Shown one piece after another: positions 58,654-64,000 of a DNA stretch of 64,000 nucleotides (positions within the stretch are counted from its first letter, which is position 1; each line of letters opens with the position of its first letter). The notes below the pieces were generated by a model, which made no database searches, was not told the origin of the DNA, and saw only the letters and a list, made by a program, of their open reading frames with translations. The stretch lies in contig CAVTZJ010000003.1 of NCBI GenBank assembly GCA_963739205.1, forward strand, positions 385,507 to 449,506, given 5' to 3'. Both the position numbers and the translations under genes were made by a program. The DNA comes from an uncultured Pseudomonadota bacterium (GTDB lineage: Bacteria > Pseudomonadota > Gammaproteobacteria > Burkholderiales > SG8-39).

Positions 58654-58788
58654 CTAGAGACCGACGCGCTTACGACCCCGCGCGCGCCGCGCGCGCAACA
58701 CCGCACGCCCACCCGGGGTTCGGCTACGGACTAGAAACCCGTGGCGCCGCGCGCGCCGCGTCTTCGACGGTTGGTAAGTACGCTTCAT
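58654..58788 (-). CDS. rpmH: 50S ribosomal protein L34
   Basis: ORF 58654..58845 trimmed to [18 protein letters not shown] (44 aa). Confidence 0.95.
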   Translation of the reverse strand: MKRTYQPSKTRRARRHGFLVRSRTPGGRAVLRARRARGRKRVGL

Positions 58789-58870
58789 CGCCTTGCTGAT
58801 CGGAAAAAGGGCGGTATTAGAGCGTGCTACCGATCGCGTTGTCAAATCGACAGCATCGATGCGATTGGGC

Positions 58871-58879
58871 TGTGGATAA
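58871..58879. promoter_or_regulatory. perfect DnaA box TGTGGATAA in the rpmH-dnaA spacer
   Basis: A 9/9 match to the reverse complement of TTATCCACA. It lies about 100 nt upstream of the dnaA ATG in a lower-GC spacer. Confidence 0.8.
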
Positions 58880-58979
58880 GTCTTATCGAAGAAGGTAAGA
58901 TTCTGACTTCAGAAACGGGCCCGTCGTGCCTGTTCCCCGCCCCCCCAGCAAGGCGCGCAATTAAGAGGTGCCAGACGCG

Positions 58980-60311
58980 ATGCAAAACCTGTGGGACGCC
59001 TGCCTGCACCGTTTGGAACAGGAACTCCCCGCGCAGCAGTTCAACACCTGGATACGCCCGCTCTCACAGGAGGGAAGCGCAGATTCCGACACGTTGACGC
59101 TCGCCGCACCCAACCGCTTCGTCCTCGAGCTTGTGCGTGAGCGCTTCGCAACCCGGATAGAAAAACTGGTGACGGAAGCTAGCGGGCGCGATTTCGTTTT
59201 GAAATTCGTCCTTGCCCGCGGCGCCGAGGCAGCACCGCGCGTCCCCCCCGCGGCGGCGCGCAGCGATGGTGATGCTCCGGGGATTCTGGAGCGCGCGCGG
59301 TTAAATCGAAGCTTCACGTTCGACAGCTTCGTGACCGGCAAAGCCAACCAGCTCGCTCGGGCAGCAGCGATTCAAGTAGCTGAGAATCCCGGTATTTCCT
59401 ACAACCCTCTATTCATCTACGGTGGCGTGGGACTTGGCAAGACCCATCTGTTGCAGGCCATCGGCAATCATCTGGCGGAGCGACGCGCCCAGGCACGCAT
59501 TCGCTATACCCATGCTGAACAGTACGTTACCGACGTCGTTCGCGCCTACCAGCAGCGTTCGTTCGACGAGTTCAAGCGCTACTACCACTCGCTCGATCTG
59601 CTGCTGATCGACGACATACAATTCTTCTCGAACAAGGGGCGCACGCAGGAGGAGTTCTTCTACGCATTTAACGCCCTGGTCGAGGCGCATAAACAGATCG
59701 TCATCTCCTGCGATACGTATCCGAAGGAAATCTCCGGCATGGAGGAGCGCCTGATATCCCGCTTCGGGTGGGGACTCACCGTCGCGATCGAGCCGCCTGA
59801 GCTGGAGATGCGTGTGGCGATCGTTCTCAAGAAGGCCGAAGCTGAATCGGTCGATCTGTCGGAAGAGATCGCGTTTTTCATTGCCAAGCACATCCGGTCG
59901 AACGTGCGCGAGCTAGAAGGTGCGCTTAAGAAGGTCCTAGCCTTCTCGCGCTTTACCTCGCGAGAACTGTCGCTCGACCTGGCCAAGGAAGCGCTGCGCG
60001 ACATTCTGAACGTCGCTAACCGGCAGATCACCGTGGACGGGATCCAGAAGACGGTTGCGGAGTATTTCAAGATCAAGATCTCCGACATGCACTCGAAAAA
60101 GAGAAGCCGCAATGTCGCCCGTCCGCGCCAGGTCGCGATGGCGCTCGCCAAAGACCTCACGCAAATGAGCTTGCCGGAAATCGGAGAGGCGTTCGGCAAC
60201 CGCGATCACACCACCGTGCTGCATGCCTGCCGGACCATTGCCAGCCTGAGAAAAAAGGACAATGGTATTAATCGCGACTACCTTGTCCTCGAACAGGTCC
60301 TAAAGGGATGA
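58980..60311 (+). CDS. dnaA: chromosomal replication initiator DnaA
   Basis: ORF 58968..60311 trimmed to [28 protein letters not shown]. Walker [11 protein letters not shown] and domain [10 protein letters not shown]. Confidence 0.97.
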   Translation: MQNLWDACLHRLEQELPAQQFNTWIRPLSQEGSADSDTLTLAAPNRFVLELVRERFATRIEKLVTEASGRDFVLKFVLARGAEAAPRVPPAAARSDGDAPGILERARLNRSFTFDSFVTGKANQLARAAAIQVAENPGISYNPLFIYGGVGLGKTHLLQAIGNHLAERRAQARIRYTHAEQYVTDVVRAYQQRSFDEFKRYYHSLDLLLIDDIQFFSNKGRTQEEFFYAFNALVEAHKQIVISCDTYPKEISGMEERLISRFGWGLTVAIEPPELEMRVAIVLKKAEAESVDLSEEIAFFIAKHIRSNVRELEGALKKVLAFSRFTSRELSLDLAKEALRDILNVANRQITVDGIQKTVAEYFKIKISDMHSKKRSRNVARPRQVAMALAKDLTQMSLPEIGEAFGNRDHTTVLHACRTIASLRKKDNGINRDYLVLEQVLKG

Positions 60312-60357
60312 GCGCTTGCAGTCTACAGAACAAGCTGTGTACGAACTCGGTGTCGAT

Positions 60358-60488
60358 TGTGCATAAGTCGCGTCGCCAAAATTTCGCTTGAAAACTGTCC
60401 ACATTGCTTCACACGCCGTCCACAGCTTTTCCCATGCGCGGAAACTCTCCAACATCCGGCGGCAGAAAGCTATTTTGCGTTATCCAGT
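60358..60488. promoter_or_regulatory. cluster of four degenerate DnaA-box-like 9-mers in the dnaA-dnaN spacer
   Basis: TGTGCATAA (60358, 8/9), CTGTCCACA (60395, 7/9), CCGTCCACA (60416, 6/9) and TTATCCAGT (60480, 7/9). A short AT-rich stretch at about 60500-60527 follows. Confidence 0.4.
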
Positions 60489-60527
60489 GATCTGAAGCTT
60501 CTCTACTAACTATTATTAAGGAAAGAA

Positions 60528-64000
<3,473 letters not shown>

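Noticed and set aside
58641-58712. Upstream GTG starts (58712, 58706) for rnpA
   Set aside because: They would overlap rpmH by about 55 nt and add an Arg/Cys-rich extension. GTG 58640, just after the rpmH stop, gives a typical 118-aa RnpA.

Overview
Dense, high-GC proteobacterial (beta/gamma-like) chromosomal segment with about 59 CDS on both strands. I found no rRNA, tRNA, CRISPR, IS element or prophage. The right third is the replication-origin neighbourhood: atpIBEFHAGDC, parB-parA-rsmG-mnmG, two near-consensus parS sites, an MFS transporter, pckG, tam, the mnmE-yidC-yidD-rnpA-rpmH block, a perfect DnaA box, and dnaA-dnaN-gyrB. The left two thirds are housekeeping and metabolic genes: cytochrome c4, engB, hemB, cutA-dsbD, livKHMGF, ilvD, lgt, and a GntR-linked oxidoreductase/aminotransferase/CoA-transferase cluster. 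The most unusual content is a complete 'proteobacterial dedicated sortase' cassette at 30.2-35.4 kb: a VIT-vWA protein with an LPQTG sorting signal, a translationally coupled sortase, and a divergent two-component system. This cassette is known only from comparative genomics and its function is unknown. Next to it sits a thiolase / HMG-CoA-synthase-like::DUF35 fusion / acyl-CoA synthetase trio in which the synthase-like nucleophile Cys appears replaced. Also notable is an orphan minus-strand terminator with a CU-rich loop in the engB-hemB spacer, a candidate sRNA. Many long ORFs in the track are antisense or out-of-frame artefacts of high GC and were rejected. Gene starts are trimmed from the ORF track by eye. 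Hand-located motifs may be off by 1-2 nt.
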